NCBI GenBank assembly: GCA_010015805.1
Contig: ML978125.1
Span: 2,232,001-2,296,000, forward strand
From: Rhizodiscina lignyota
Lineage: Eukaryota
Length of the DNA: 64,000 nt
Reading direction: 5' to 3'
Shown in pieces: positions 22,889 to 35,083 of this stretch. The position numbers and the translations under genes were made by a program. The notes beneath the pieces were generated by a model. The model saw only the letters and a list, made by a program, of their open reading frames with translations. It did no database searches and was not told where the DNA came from. The number at the start of each line of letters is the position of its first letter. Position 1 is the stretch's first letter.

Positions 22889-24984
22889 ATGCGTCCTACT
22901 ATCATAAGGGCACTGGCGTTCTCTTGGATGCTGGCAGCTCCAGCGTCGGCCATTGTTGGCCGCTCCTCAACATCAACGGCTGTCGAGATCCCTCCTAGTG
23001 AATACTTGTAACTCTCAATAACACCCAACCTCCTCTAAACCGCTGACGAAGCGTTAGCGAAGGCAACGACGGACCATGGAGCTCCTTTTTCCTCCGCGTT
23101 GGAACCCCCGAACAAGACGTCAGAGTGCTTGTATCTACGGCCTCTCCAGAGTCAATGGTCGTTTTGTCAGAGTACGGCTGCTCAACGGCTGCCTTTACGA
23201 CAGTGCCGGCGAACTGCGCTGTCTCGAGAGGTAACTTGTTCAACCTCAACAAATCATCCAGTTGGCAAGACCTAGGCATCTACGGAATCAACCAGAATGG
23301 TGTCGGTCTGGAGGCCAATCTTGGCTATTCTCAAAGATCAGACTTCGCGCTGGATACTCTAGGTCCAGGTCTTACCGGACCGAAGCTCGAAAATCAAACC
23401 GTCGCCGGCATCGCGACTGCCGAGCCATTTTACCTGTAAGAACGCCAATGCGGTCCATGGATTTTTTACTGATTCGAGAATGCGTACAGCGGAATATTCG
23501 GCCTCAACCCTCAGCCGGTAAACTTCAGCTCGCTGGGGAATTTCTCCTCCCCCTCGTTCATTACAACTCTAAAAGATAAAGGCGTTATTCCAAGCCTAAG
23601 CTGGAGTTATACAGCGGGCGCCAAGTACCGTAGGTACCCCTATTAACTTTAAACTTGGATTGCTTCTATTTCTAATTCGGTTGCGTTCCAAACTAGGTCT
23701 CAAACAAGTCTACGGGCAACTCATTTTCTCCGGATATGATACCTCCCGCTTTACCGCGAACTCGGCGTCGTTTACTATGGCAGGTGACATCACGCGCGAC
23801 CTCGTTGTATATCTCCAGTCTATAACCTACAGCGGAACAAGCTCATCCGTGTTACTTTCCGACCCGATCCAGATCTTCATTGACTCGACCGATCCGAACA
23901 TGTGGCTCCCGAAGAGTGTCTGTACGGCCTTCGAGCAGGCTTTCGGGCTTACACTCGACGACGCAACTGGTATATATCTGGTAAACGATACTCACAACGC
24001 CGAACTGCTCAACTCGAATGCTCAGGTGGCCTTTAGGCTATCTGATGTGGCCTCCGGTGGGGATTCTGTGACGATAACTCTTCCCTACGCAGCCTTCGCC
24101 CTTACTGCGCAAGCTCCTTTAGTAAAGAACCAAAGCTATTATTTTCCGCTGAAACGCGCGGACAATTCGACTCAGTACACGTTGGGCAGAGCATTCTTGC
24201 AAGAAGCGTGAGTGAGAGGCATGCGGTCATTTTAAAAGCATGACATTAACCCCTCGAGTATAGTTACCTCTCCGCCGATTACGAACGAGGCGTCTTCAAT
24301 GTATCGGCATGTGCATGGAACGAGGGTGCCCAGGAAAATATCGTTACCATAACACCCAAGGGCTCCGCCACGTCCACTTGCTCTGGAAGCGCATGTTCGT
24401 CTAGTTCTAGTACTTCAGGAGGCTCATCATCGCTCAGCCGCGGTGCTGTAGCTGGTATTGCGATCGGGTCCATCCTTGGCGCCCTAATTCTCGCCGCAGT
24501 AATCTTCTTCATTATCCGCCGTCAACGCCAAAGGAAAGCGTTCAAAGCTACTGACCCTGAGCCGGATATGACTGTCCGCGAGGGCCCAGTCCTCAACGGT
24601 GACAACACCATCGTTCACGGCGCAGAACCCACTGGGACGCAAGCAGCAAAGTTTTATTCTCCAGATAGCGTCGCAGGCAGTTCTGCCGGGATCAACGAAG
24701 GGAGCAATGTGGGCGAGCACGGTCCAGAGTTGGACGGCGACGACACAGAGATCCAACCGATCTACCACGAACTGCCGGCCGCCGAGGTCGGGAGGACGGA
24801 GCTGGACCCGGAAAGCTCGGTGGACTCACGCGACGAGAGAGGAGCTGAAAGGCAAGCCCAAGGAGGAGACGAGCTCGCCGGGTTTTCGCCAATAGTATCT
24901 TCGCCGGGGACTGCGAGATGGCAGGATAAGAGGAGGACTGCAGCATCAGATGACTTGGTGTCTCCCGTAACACCTCATGACTAG
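22889..24984 (+). CDS. Membrane-anchored peptidase A1 (pepsin-like) protein, probably catalytically inactive
   Basis: Signal peptide MRPTIIRALAFSWMLAA; GNDGPWSSFFLRVGTPEQ; GIFGL; IPSLSWSYTAGA; IDSTDPNMWLP; YTLGRAFLQEA|YLSADYE; TM GAVAGIAIGSILGALILAAVIFFII. Four introns. Confidence 0.85.
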
Positions 24985-25683
24985 ACCACGTACAGTAGCT
25001 AATAGTATTTGAAGTTTTTCGTATGAGGGGGAGCCGTACCTGGAGGAATCGTATACACTCCATGCAGACTAGGACATTCGTAACTAATGTTGCCTTGATC
25101 TGTGGCGGCGTATCCAACGACATTGTCACCCGGAAAGAGAGGTTTGGTTAGAGCCCCATTGCTCCAAGCTTCACATAGAGGCGTATTGTGGTGCATGTTG
25201 AAGTATGTATCCGTATCGTCTTGTTGGATTTCCACTGTGCTTCTCCACATAACCCACAGCTTCCTAGATTATTGACTTCTCAAAACAAGAATTATTTTAA
25301 ACGTCGATTTTAGAATATTCCGTACTAACGTTAGTATTGTAAGTTAGGTGCGCACTGTCAGCTATAACCGACCACCCCCTGTCGCCCCGCAATCTCTTAC
25401 TACAATTTGCCAGGCTCCCAGGTACCTGCAGCAAACATTACACCGACAGAGCGAACAGTACACTATTCAACACTAGCACGCACATGGAGGTGCGCTAGAC
25501 GTTCAGTGGCTCAGTGGAGGAGAGCTCTTCCATTGATGGAATAATCTCCAAGAATCTCCTAAGTTCATTAGCCAATTGAAAGAATTTCAATGGTCTCGCA
25601 AAGTTTCATATGTGCTGTAAGTTGCCGCCGTGACATGTTATTACTGATGTCTGGCATTCTGCTTTCTCGATATCAAGTCCAAG

Positions 25684-28467
25684 ATGCGTCTGTATCTCGT
25701 TTCTCTGTTACTTGTGAGGTCTCTAGTTTTCTGCCAGTCCAACGATACGCTGGGACTGTCAAATGGCTACTCTACATACACAACTACGAACTGGAACATC
25801 AAGCTGGTCAAGGATTCACAAACACTAGCATCTCTTAAACCGAGTGGATCGAATACATTCGACTTCTCCCCATTTGATGTGCTGGGCAACCGTTCCGCAA
25901 ATGGGCAATATCACGTTGGGGATCTCACTTTCCGCTTCGACTAGAAGGCTCTAATTCATGGACTGATGGTAATACGGCTTCGAATCGGGCACCCGTGAGA
26001 AGGGGCAGCAATGGGAGTGCGCTTGCTACCTCAGATTTGGGTCCCACGCTTCCCGGATTAGCGGATCTGGACATTATTCGGCAGTGGATAGATATCGATG
26101 GAGATCTAGGACTTCTATACACAATCACTAATACAGCCAATGGTACTGTAGAACTCGGCAGCTTGGGGTTTCCGATTGAATTCAACAATATCTTCACTGG
26201 CCGACCTGCAGCAGACGTCGAAGCAAACTGTTCTCTCCAAGATCCCTACATTGGTCTCGACGCAGGTTACATTCAAGTGACCCCAGTCGACGGCACGGGA
26301 TCAGCCCTCGTTGTAACACCACTGAAAGAAAGCAAATTCGAAGCCTGGAGGTTTCTCAACGAGACGTACAAAGGGCCACCCCTCTACTATCAGAGCCAGA
26401 CCTACGAAGCCAACTACGAGTTTCAGGTTTATACGAAGGCATATGCTGAAAACGAATGGAAGAATGTCACCCCTTGGAATGAACCTACGTCGCGAATGTT
26501 GAGGTCAAAGGAGACGTTGACAGTTGGCCTGCGGTTTTCACTTGCTGCGGGAGGAGTAACGGACATCGCAGCCACCGCAATTCGTGCTGGCATTCCGCAG
26601 GCGCAAAGCGTTCCGGGATATATCGTTCCTTCTGATGCAGAAACCACTCTGACGCTCAATACCACGTCCCGAGTTCTCAACATAACCATCACACCTGCAA
26701 ACGCCTTAGCCATAACGCCCATCTCAAACGGCGTATACACCATTACTCCGGCAAGTAATGCCTATGGGCGCACGCGCCTTACGATAGCATATTCCGATGG
26801 CCATCAACAAACTATCCACTACAACATCGTCAAGTCCGCGCCCACCGTCCTGAGCGACCTCGGCCACTTCTTGACTACAACGCAATACTACACCAATACC
26901 TCCGACCCGTTCCACCGAGCTCCTTCTGTACTCTCTTGGGATCGCTCAGTCAACAACTTCGTCCTTCAAGACAACCGCGTATGGATAGCCGGTCTCAGCG
27001 ACGAAGCAGGCGCAGGATCATTCCTCGCTGCTACGATGAAACAGTCGGTACAAGCAAATGCAGACGAGATTGCGAGATTAGAGACCTTTATCCATCACAC
27101 TATGTGGGGCGTTGTTCAAGTGAGCAACGGGACCGATCAATACGCGGTGCGGAAGAGTGTATTTTACTACGGCATGCCTGGGTACCCGTACGATCCGAAT
27201 ATTGAGTGGACAGGCGCGTGGAATAAGACGGAGGCGTACAGTACGAGCAGAGCGTACGATTATGTGCACGTCAGTGCGGCATATTGGGCCTTGTATCGCG
27301 CCGCGAGAGCGTTTCCGGATCTGGTGAAGCTGGCGGATTGGCAGTGGTATCTGAACCAGGCATATCAGACGGTAATGTATGCGACGCAGATGACTGGGAA
27401 TGATACGTGGTTTGTTGGGTATGCAGATGACGGGCTAATGGGCGAGACGGTGTGGGGTGAGATCCTCAAAGATCTTGGACGTGAGGGCATGGATGATAAG
27501 GTGACGCAATTTGAGGCGAGAATGAAGGCGCGCGCCAAACATTGGAACTCACTGGCCGTACCATTTGGCAGCGAGATGGCATGGGATAGCACGGGGCAGG
27601 AAGGAGTGTACTACTGGTGCAAGTCAGTCTCGGCATTTCGTCGATGCGGAGCGTTATAGAACTGCTAACGCGGCTTCTAGTTATTTCAACCTCACAGCAA
27701 CAGTAACCAAGACCATCAACTCCATCCTGGGCTATATGCCAACCGTCGCGCACTGGGGCTGGAACGGCAATGCACGAAGATATTGGGATTTCTTGTATGG
27801 CGGCAAGATTGAGCGCATTGAGCGGCAGATTCACCATTATGGCTCTGGCTTGAATGCGCTGCCTCTACTCGAACATGTTCGTAACAACTCGTCGTCGATA
27901 TTATCAGATATGGATGCATATATGTTGCGAGTTGGGTATGGCGGAAACTCTGGCCCCTTGTCGAACGTCGATTCCGACGGGTTCGCCAGTGCAGCGTTCC
28001 ACAGTTGGCCGGATACGCTCAAGTGGGATCCATACAGTGGTGATTATGGTCCAAACTTCGTCGGACTCAGTCTCGGAGCAGGTTGTTTCATCGTACAGGA
28101 GCAAAGTGGGAATGTACAAACTATGGTGTACGGAGGCAATGTGAAGACGAGAAGCAATGCGACTCTACTTGTTGAGCCGCGAGATGCAGTACGAAGGAGA
28201 GTGTACATTGGTGCTTGGAGAGTACAGGTGGAGCTTGATGCGGGCGCCATCCAACAGATACAGGTCGACACGAGTAGCCAGACAGCTACAATTACGATAG
28301 TCGATGCGGTCACCGCTCAGGCCGCAAAGGCGAAACAGGCAGTTGTATGGGTGGACAACTACCAAGCTGGTGGTTTCAAAGTGACCACCTCTGGTCTACA
28401 GGCATCAAGAAAAGGCATTCTGGTGCTTTTGGTGAACGGAACGGCCAACTTCCAGGTTGGGAAATAG
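25684..28467 (+). CDS. Secreted DUF5695-family putative glycoside hydrolase, with an apparent -1 frameshift at ~25938
   Basis: Signal peptide; FDFSPFD; DPYIGLDAGY; DPFHRAPSV; RVWIAGLSDEAG; SRAYDYVHV; GLMGET; PFGSEMAWDSTGQEG; HWGWNGNARRYWDF; ERQIHHYGSGLN; WDPYSGDYGP. Intron ~27623-27680. Confidence 0.85.
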
Positions 28468-28757
28468 GACATTTCATTAAGGATCGTACAAATGGTCGAG
28501 ACTGCAGAATTGTACCCGTCGTGGAAGCCTGAGCTGCATGTGCTCTTCGACACAGCAATTTTGCTGTCGCAATATGCTCGCCATTCCTTTGAGCAAACTA
28601 TATGAAATTTGATGAGTTGACCCGAACCTACCGCTGCATCATCAGCATCTCATTGACAGTTTCACAAATTGTAAACTCCTTAGCTTTGCCCCTCAGCCAC
28701 TCTCAACCTGCGAATCAACCCAATCGATCGTTCTCAGTTCCTGAATTCGAGCTCATG

Positions 28758-30659
28758 TCAATTGTACCGCTGTATCGCTACCACCTTGTTGGTCGTTCCA
28801 CAGATCGGACATTTCTTCATCTCAGCACTCAGCATCCTCCAATTTCCACATTTCTCGCATCTGCTGGCCAATACATCGCGGCTGATCTTGTCCGGGTGAA
28901 AAGCCAGATCGTCGTCATAGTACCTGAACAAGCCTGCCCATCGGTTCCGGTACTTGCCCGTCTTGATGACTTCCGCAATCATCTTCTCCGACAAACTCAA
29001 GACCTTATCAACTACCTCTTTACTGGGCGCATCCGGAGCCCCCTCTAGTAGCGGAATGATGTTGTCCATGAAGGAAATGTACTCCGGTCTGTTTGCTCCC
29101 CATTCCCAAGTCGTCACGAGCTCGGCAACGCGGTCAAACTGCGTAAAGTCCTCGATATGCTGCCATTCGGCGTTACCGGTGCCGCAGAGGTACTGCCATA
29201 GAGGCCCAAGCCGTCCAATCTGTGGGGAGCGGAATAGCAAGTAGTTGCCAACGTTCATACGATGCAGATTCTCGATTCTTGGGCCGCAAAATTCGTTGTA
29301 AGAGTCCAAGATGGCGCGGCGGGCAGTCGAGCCTTGAGCAGCGAGGTATTTTGGCGTCTTTTCCGCAAGAAACACAGAGGTTCCCATGCTACAGTTGATT
29401 CCCGGCGAGTAGAGTGGGTTTGTGAAGCCCGTGGCATCCCCGATAGCGGCCCAACCTGTTCCTGCGGCGACTGGTGACTGATAGGTCAAGCTTTTGCGAA
29501 TGAACCACGTCGGTTTTGGGCCATATAGATCAGTTATCAGCACGTGTTGGTCCATCAGCTCCTGCATTCGAGGATATCGAGAGGTGATCCACTTGAACTT
29601 TCGCTCGGCTTCGCAAGTGCCGTAAGAGTTCAGATCGTCTGGATAGACAACGTCATTGCGAAGTGCGTAACCAATGCTGACTACCCAGCGGAACTTAAGC
29701 TTGAACTTCTCAACCAGCTGATGTGTTGATGGGTATGAGTCGGGAGCGGTGTTCGCCGCATTGAAGTCGAGCAGGTGGTTGATCATGGCAATGAGGTTTG
29801 GAAGTGGGCTCCCTTCCCACGATGGAAGACGGATGACCCAAGCCCATCCTTCGGCAATACAGATATGGTTCGTATGGCAAGATTCGTAATGATCAAGAGG
29901 TATGTCCGACTCGTCTCCAGACATCTCGAAATACGCCCAAAACGCATCCGTATTGAAAGGAGGCAAACGAGTGGTCTTGGAAGCCTTGGACGCGAGTCTG
30001 CGAAAGCGGCCAGTGCCATCAACAACAAGATCTGTGCTAATCTGGCCTTGACCGGAGCCATTCAACACGTCTACATGGCCGATACCGCCCGAATCCGCTT
30101 CTGGTAGTTGAACGGAGTCGATGTTTGCCGAGTGACCATGGAGAACTCTGACTCCCAATCTCTGGGCAAAGAGCGTAAGCAGCAGCTCGCTAATCTTGCG
30201 TTCAATCTGAAGCGTGGCCACAGAATCGCCTGGTGGACCATTGGCGCAAAAATCAGTGTAGCCATCGCGATCTCCGTTGTGGGGCAGAAAGTAGAAGGCG
30301 AGGCCATCCTTCACACCAAACAGTCTCCAGAGAAGCGCATTGCTGATGCCGATGCTCTTGAGCCACACACCAAAAGTCGTTAATGTGCTCTCTCCAATCT
30401 TGTAGCCTGGTGACTGTGACTTCTCCAACACAGTGATAGATATCGCGCGGCCTGAACCGGACTGCCGCAACGATTCGGATTTGATATGTGCATGAATGGC
30501 ATAGATCAGGGAGTGAATACCACCTCCGATCACAACCACATCCGAATGCGAAGGGATAGAGGAATCGCAGTTCTGAGAGTTGAGGCACTCGCTGTCTGAT
30601 GGAGTCGGACTAGCGAACACCAATCGCTTCATGTAACCGGCTAGATCATCCAAAGACAT
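28758..30659 (-). CDS. Flavin-dependent halogenase of the MalA type with C-terminal Zn-binding CxxC...CxxC
   Basis: Intronless 633 aa. DVVVIGGGIH, YKIGEST, FGVKDGL (catalytic Lys), LQIER, DGTGRFR, HTNH, WAWVIRLPSWEGSP, IGDATGFTNPLYSPGIN, CEKC...CPIC. Confidence 0.92.
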   Translation of the reverse strand: MSLDDLAGYMKRLVFASPTPSDSECLNSQNCDSSIPSHSDVVVIGGGIHSLIYAIHAHIKSESLRQSGSGRAISITVLEKSQSPGYKIGESTLTTFGVWLKSIGISNALLWRLFGVKDGLAFYFLPHNGDRDGYTDFCANGPPGDSVATLQIERKISELLLTLFAQRLGVRVLHGHSANIDSVQLPEADSGGIGHVDVLNGSGQGQISTDLVVDGTGRFRRLASKASKTTRLPPFNTDAFWAYFEMSGDESDIPLDHYESCHTNHICIAEGWAWVIRLPSWEGSPLPNLIAMINHLLDFNAANTAPDSYPSTHQLVEKFKLKFRWVVSIGYALRNDVVYPDDLNSYGTCEAERKFKWITSRYPRMQELMDQHVLITDLYGPKPTWFIRKSLTYQSPVAAGTGWAAIGDATGFTNPLYSPGINCSMGTSVFLAEKTPKYLAAQGSTARRAILDSYNEFCGPRIENLHRMNVGNYLLFRSPQIGRLGPLWQYLCGTGNAEWQHIEDFTQFDRVAELVTTWEWGANRPEYISFMDNIIPLLEGAPDAPSKEVVDKVLSLSEKMIAEVIKTGKYRNRWAGLFRYYDDDLAFHPDKISRDVLASRCEKCGNWRMLSAEMKKCPICGTTNKVVAIQRYN

Positions 30660-32438
30660 GTTGCCTTATCTGTCGCCGAGAATGGTGGGTTATATGAAGA
30701 GGATCAACAGGCTTTCGGTAGTTTGAGGTTGCTTTATACTCTTGAGAGGTGTTGCGAATCATTTCGCGGGAGCATGAGATAACACCGCCCTCGTGATGGA
30801 ATCTGCGGAACTCGTTGGAGCCGCCGGCGTCGTGAAGACGACAGGTGACACATGGTTGCCGTCACTGCGATCAATATTGAAAGTACCGTAACACCTTTCG
30901 ACCTTTACACGCTCTTCCTAGGAATTCAATAGGCCCTTTTGCAGAGAGGTTAAAAAGAATGACGACCTTGCAGTACAGACACTATGGGGAAAGAGAAAGG
31001 GAGAAACCACGATCGAAACAACCAAATTTCCTTACCATATGTCTAAGGGATGTATAACTCCGCTTGCCTGGTCGTTTTCCATAGCAATGCCTATGCCTTC
31101 AAGGATGGAATCTCTATGTCAATTCCAGGATTCGGTAAAGCCAGCGCAACTTCCTCGTAGCCGGCTTCGATACTTCTTCTGCACAAACACAATGCTAACT
31201 TCTGATCCACGCTTATTTCAAAGTATCTTCCGGTCTATTTCTGCATCCTGAGATCACTCTATTATCGTGTCGCTTTCTCCTTCGAGGACGGGAAGCCAGC
31301 GTCTAGCTCTGTATTTCCTCGCAGTACCCTTGTCTGTGCTTCTGCAGGAAGCGAGGGATAGATTCAAGCCTTTTCGAGTTCTAGATGGACCTTTGAAAAA
31401 ATACTCGACCGTTAGTATATACTGAACCTTTGGTGTTGACAACATAGCATACCTACTAGCCACCTCGCTTTCTCCAGCCACTTTTGACTTCACCTTGGCC
31501 GCAGCTGTCCCGAGGCCTGAAACCTTGGCTTTACATATCCATCGTGATGCGCACAATCTACGGAGTAATGCGAAAGCCGCAGAACTACAAAGCACGAGAC
31601 AAAATTTCTGCTAGGTCCGAGAAGAGAAGCATGGCTGGTGTTCGGCAAACGCCGCACAATCACATTGTTCGCTCGCTCGCCAAAACCTGGAGAAGCTTTG
31701 TCACTGCTCCCTTCAAGGCTCAAAGCCTCATTGCAGGGGATAGAGACACAGACTCCGGAGGCGTTCGTTACTTTAATTGGTGCCTCGGATCGTATGCTGA
31801 TCCACATCCGCCAGCAGTGCTCTCCGCTGTAATGCGACCAGCAAGCAATTTGGGAACAGGAGGTAGGGGTGGCCGGGAACTGTCAAAATGGACGCGAACC
31901 GACACCCGAAGGCTGATCATTGCGACAATGGGTATTGCTCCGTACGGAGCACTCGTACAGCGTGCCAGCGAATAGGTAGGCCCTGTGTTTGAAATCCTGA
32001 CTCGACCGTGTTGACCACCCCCACATCGCGGTAAGTTTGTCCAACAGACTCCAGGGGCATTAAGAAAGTTGCTTGATTGCATATATAGTCCAACATGCTC
32101 AATAGCTCGATCTTCTCTCGCAGAAGCTACAAGCCCAAGGGCAGAAGGAATTGGGAAAGCGCATAATGTCGGATGTCCAGATTGCAGGGCGCAAGGACCT
32201 GCTCGCGTAGATAAATAAGGGTAGCTCTGAACGCAGAAACCTGGTGGGAGCATTGCGTTTGAGATCCTTTCCAGCCCACTCAATGCTCCCCACATTATTG
32301 TGGAGAGAACAACCACAACTAACTTTGTGCCCCACTTCCCGACTGTCCATGTATGCGCACTTACTCCAAGAGGACCACGGGGGTGACAAAATAGCTGAGT
32401 CCCGTAAAGTTTAAACGTATTTGGCAAAAGCGAGGTTT

Positions 32439-32654
32439 CCTCTTCAACACCAGCGAGAGCGTCTCTGAAAGGTCGATAAAATATATACTAGAGTTCGCTT
32501 ATCTAACATGCGCAGCTTCAGCGTGTATAACTTATATTAACTATAAACCCTCTCGAACGCTAGCGAGAGCATCCCTAAAGGGTCGATAAATTATATACTA
32601 GAGTTTATTTATCTAAAACACGCAGCTTCAGCGTGTATAACTTATATTAACTAT
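32439..32654. repeat. Two tandem ~110-bp AT-rich diverged copies
   Basis: agcgagagc...ggtcgataaa.tatatactagagtt...cgcagcttcagcgtgtataacttatattaactat starts at both 32452 and 32562. Confidence 0.9.
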
Positions 32655-32908
32655 CGAGGATATACATTCTCGTAGTTCTATATATTGTAGCCATGACTCA
32701 ACTATTTTGTCACCCACTTGATAGGGGTGGTGGCGCAGCCTGCGGTGCGAAGTCGGATTAAGACGGGGATTCATTCCATTCAGCTCGTCTAGGGATATCT
32801 CAGAAATAAAGCGCGTATTGTAACATTGGAGTCCATCATAAGCCGCTGTCATATGACCAAAATGTCATTGTAAAAATAGCAAACCCCTAATTGTTGGTAC
32901 GTCTTCAA

Positions 32909-34684
32909 TTAGTGGCCTCCGATCTGGTGCCTGCTGATTGGCCTGATCCACGAGACCGCCAAATTGATCGCAATGGTGATGATACCGATAATCCAGAAAG
33001 CACGGGGGAAGTTCGTTCCATTGTACCTGTACTGACAGTCAGCATCGTTGTAAAAGATACAGCAGGAGCAAGAGTTCAGGCTTACCGGAAGATAATGGCA
33101 AAGATGATACCACCAAAGTTTCCAGCTGCGCCAGTGAAGCCGGAAACCACTCCATTAGCAAAGGGCGAGACGTGCGGTACGAGCGCGAAATTGATCCCGT
33201 TGCCGCCTTCGAGGAAGAAGGCCATGCCTGCAATTAAGCCAAACATCGTACTCTGGTCGTGGCTGTCCACAACGCCGATGACGATGAGAAAGATTCCAGT
33301 GATGATACCATATGTGTGAAGTAGCGCCTTCTTCCCCCAGACCGAGCCTGTGGATCGGTATACAAGATCTGCGACAAATCCGCCCAAGGGTCTAAAAATG
33401 ATGTTAAGCAAGCCAAACATCGCGGCCCAGTTCCCTTGTCCCTGGAGTCCGAGGTAGGGGAAATTGCGTTTGTAGAAATTACCCAAGATACTGTTGACGG
33501 CAAGCTCTGCACCAAAGCTGCAAAAGTAGCACGCCCCGGTGACGAGAGTCTGGAGGGTGAAAAGAACCTTCACGATCTCCTTGAAGGACGGACTCTGGAT
33601 AACTTCGCCTTTTGCTTCCTCGACCTGATATTCTTGTCCGATCGCAGCCTCAACTTTGGCGTCAGACGGAAAGTCCTTCTTGTCCTTCTCTTGTTCCTTT
33701 TCAAGCTCTGATGCTGCGGAGCCAGATGGTTTACGGTCACCGAGCTCGCCGGGTAGGTCAACGATTCCGCCGTCACCGGTCGTCACCGAAGCACGCCGGA
33801 AGTTTTCTTGAGCAGCAGTCTCGCGCTCCGACCATTTGCCCGTAGGGCAGTCGGGGCAGAGGAGAAGGAGAGCTGCTGCAGTCACAACGATGAGCACACC
33901 AGGCACGATGAAGTCCACACGCCACGCAACATGAGGGGTGAGCCCATCTGAGATGAGGCTGTTGTAGATAGCAGGCATGACGAAGTATGTGATGCCGCCA
34001 CCGGAATTTCCGAAACCACCTGTAAGGGCATTGGCTGTTCCGACGACGCTCTTGTCAAAGAATCCAGTTGTCCATACTTGGCAGGGTACGAAAGCACCAC
34101 CTAGGATGCCGATGAAAAACCGGAGAGCGTAGAGCCCCGCTGCATTAGTGACACCACCAGCACAGAATGTCGGAATGGCACCAGCGAGGAGGCATCCTGC
34201 GAACGTCCAACGAGGACCGAAGCGGTCACATGCGGGCCCAGCTATAAGACGTATGAGGAGACTATAGGGCATAAAGAGTTAGACCAGACCATTGCCTTCG
34301 TACAGCAGAAGTTGACTTACGTTGCAGTGAGGCCGATAATATTTGAATTGGCGACTTCAGCTTGCGAAAGATGGAGATCTTTGGCGATGATGTCGCTAAG
34401 CAGCGGAGGGAAGGCATACCTGCGGAGTGCATTAGAGTAGCTCCCAGTGTCAACGGTTGCATGGATCAGAGATAAGGCTTAGATGTGGCCCGATAGCAAC
34501 GGGTAGCGTGTAGAACAGAATGTGCGATGACATACCATGACCAGAATGCAATCATAAAGCCAAACCAGGCGAATGTAAACACTCTGCCATAGAGGTTGAT
34601 TGGGTTGAGCGCTGGGATTGATTTGGCCTTGCCGTTGATGGGGTTGATTTCTGGCGCTCGCCAGAGGAGAGTTGGGTCGAACAT
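32909..34684 (-). CDS. crnA: High-affinity nitrate/nitrite MFS transporter (NRT2 / CrnA-NrtA family)
   Basis: [33 protein letters not shown], nitrate signatures GGFGNSGGG and [32 protein letters not shown]. Three introns; stop at 32909. Confidence 0.93.
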
Positions 34685-34858
34685 TCTAACCTTCGGGATT
34701 TTTAAGAAAGATCCAGGGCCTTGCTGAAGAGACGATGATGCTGTATATGGGACGTTGCACTGTTCAATGACGTTGCAAGCTGGTCAAGTCTTCGGGCTCA
34801 AGACGTCAACTTGGATGCTGAGCAAGGCTCAAAATGGGCCTTTTCAGACATGCTCCCT

Positions 34859-35083
34859 TATAAAGGCCTAATCCCCAGCTGGAACGACGTGAATTGAGCT
34901 TCTCCGGACGCTGCGATCGATATCTTGCTTGACAATGCAATTCATCAACCGTAACTGTCGACGACCCCAAAACGAGTATATCCGCGGATAATCTTCTGCA
35001 ACAGACGGCAGCTTACGCCACGATGCAGAAGGTCTGGGGCACCCTGCTCTGGACCGGTATCCTTGGCCGCTCGTGAAGATAAG
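34859..35083. promoter_or_regulatory. Nitrate-inducible promoter: NIT4/NirA-type octamer TCCGCGGA plus GATA (NIT2/AreA) sites and TATA
   Basis: TCCGCGGA at 34981-34988 overlapping GATAA; GATATC ~34919; TATC ~35058; GATAAG at 35078-35083; minus-strand TATAA at ~34859-34863. Confidence 0.7.

Noticed and set aside
25323..25336. 14-bp palindrome TACTAACGTTAGTA
   Set aside because: An isolated occurrence in AT-rich intergenic DNA, compatible with chance.
6582..30659. TRP2 as a precursor-supply gene for the halogenase
   Set aside because: TRP2 sits among housekeeping genes 20 kb away and looks like the primary-metabolism copy.
30900..32430. Several 100-220-aa ORFs upstream of the halogenase
   Set aside because: No recognisable domain, and the ORFs overlap on both strands; possibly decayed sequence.
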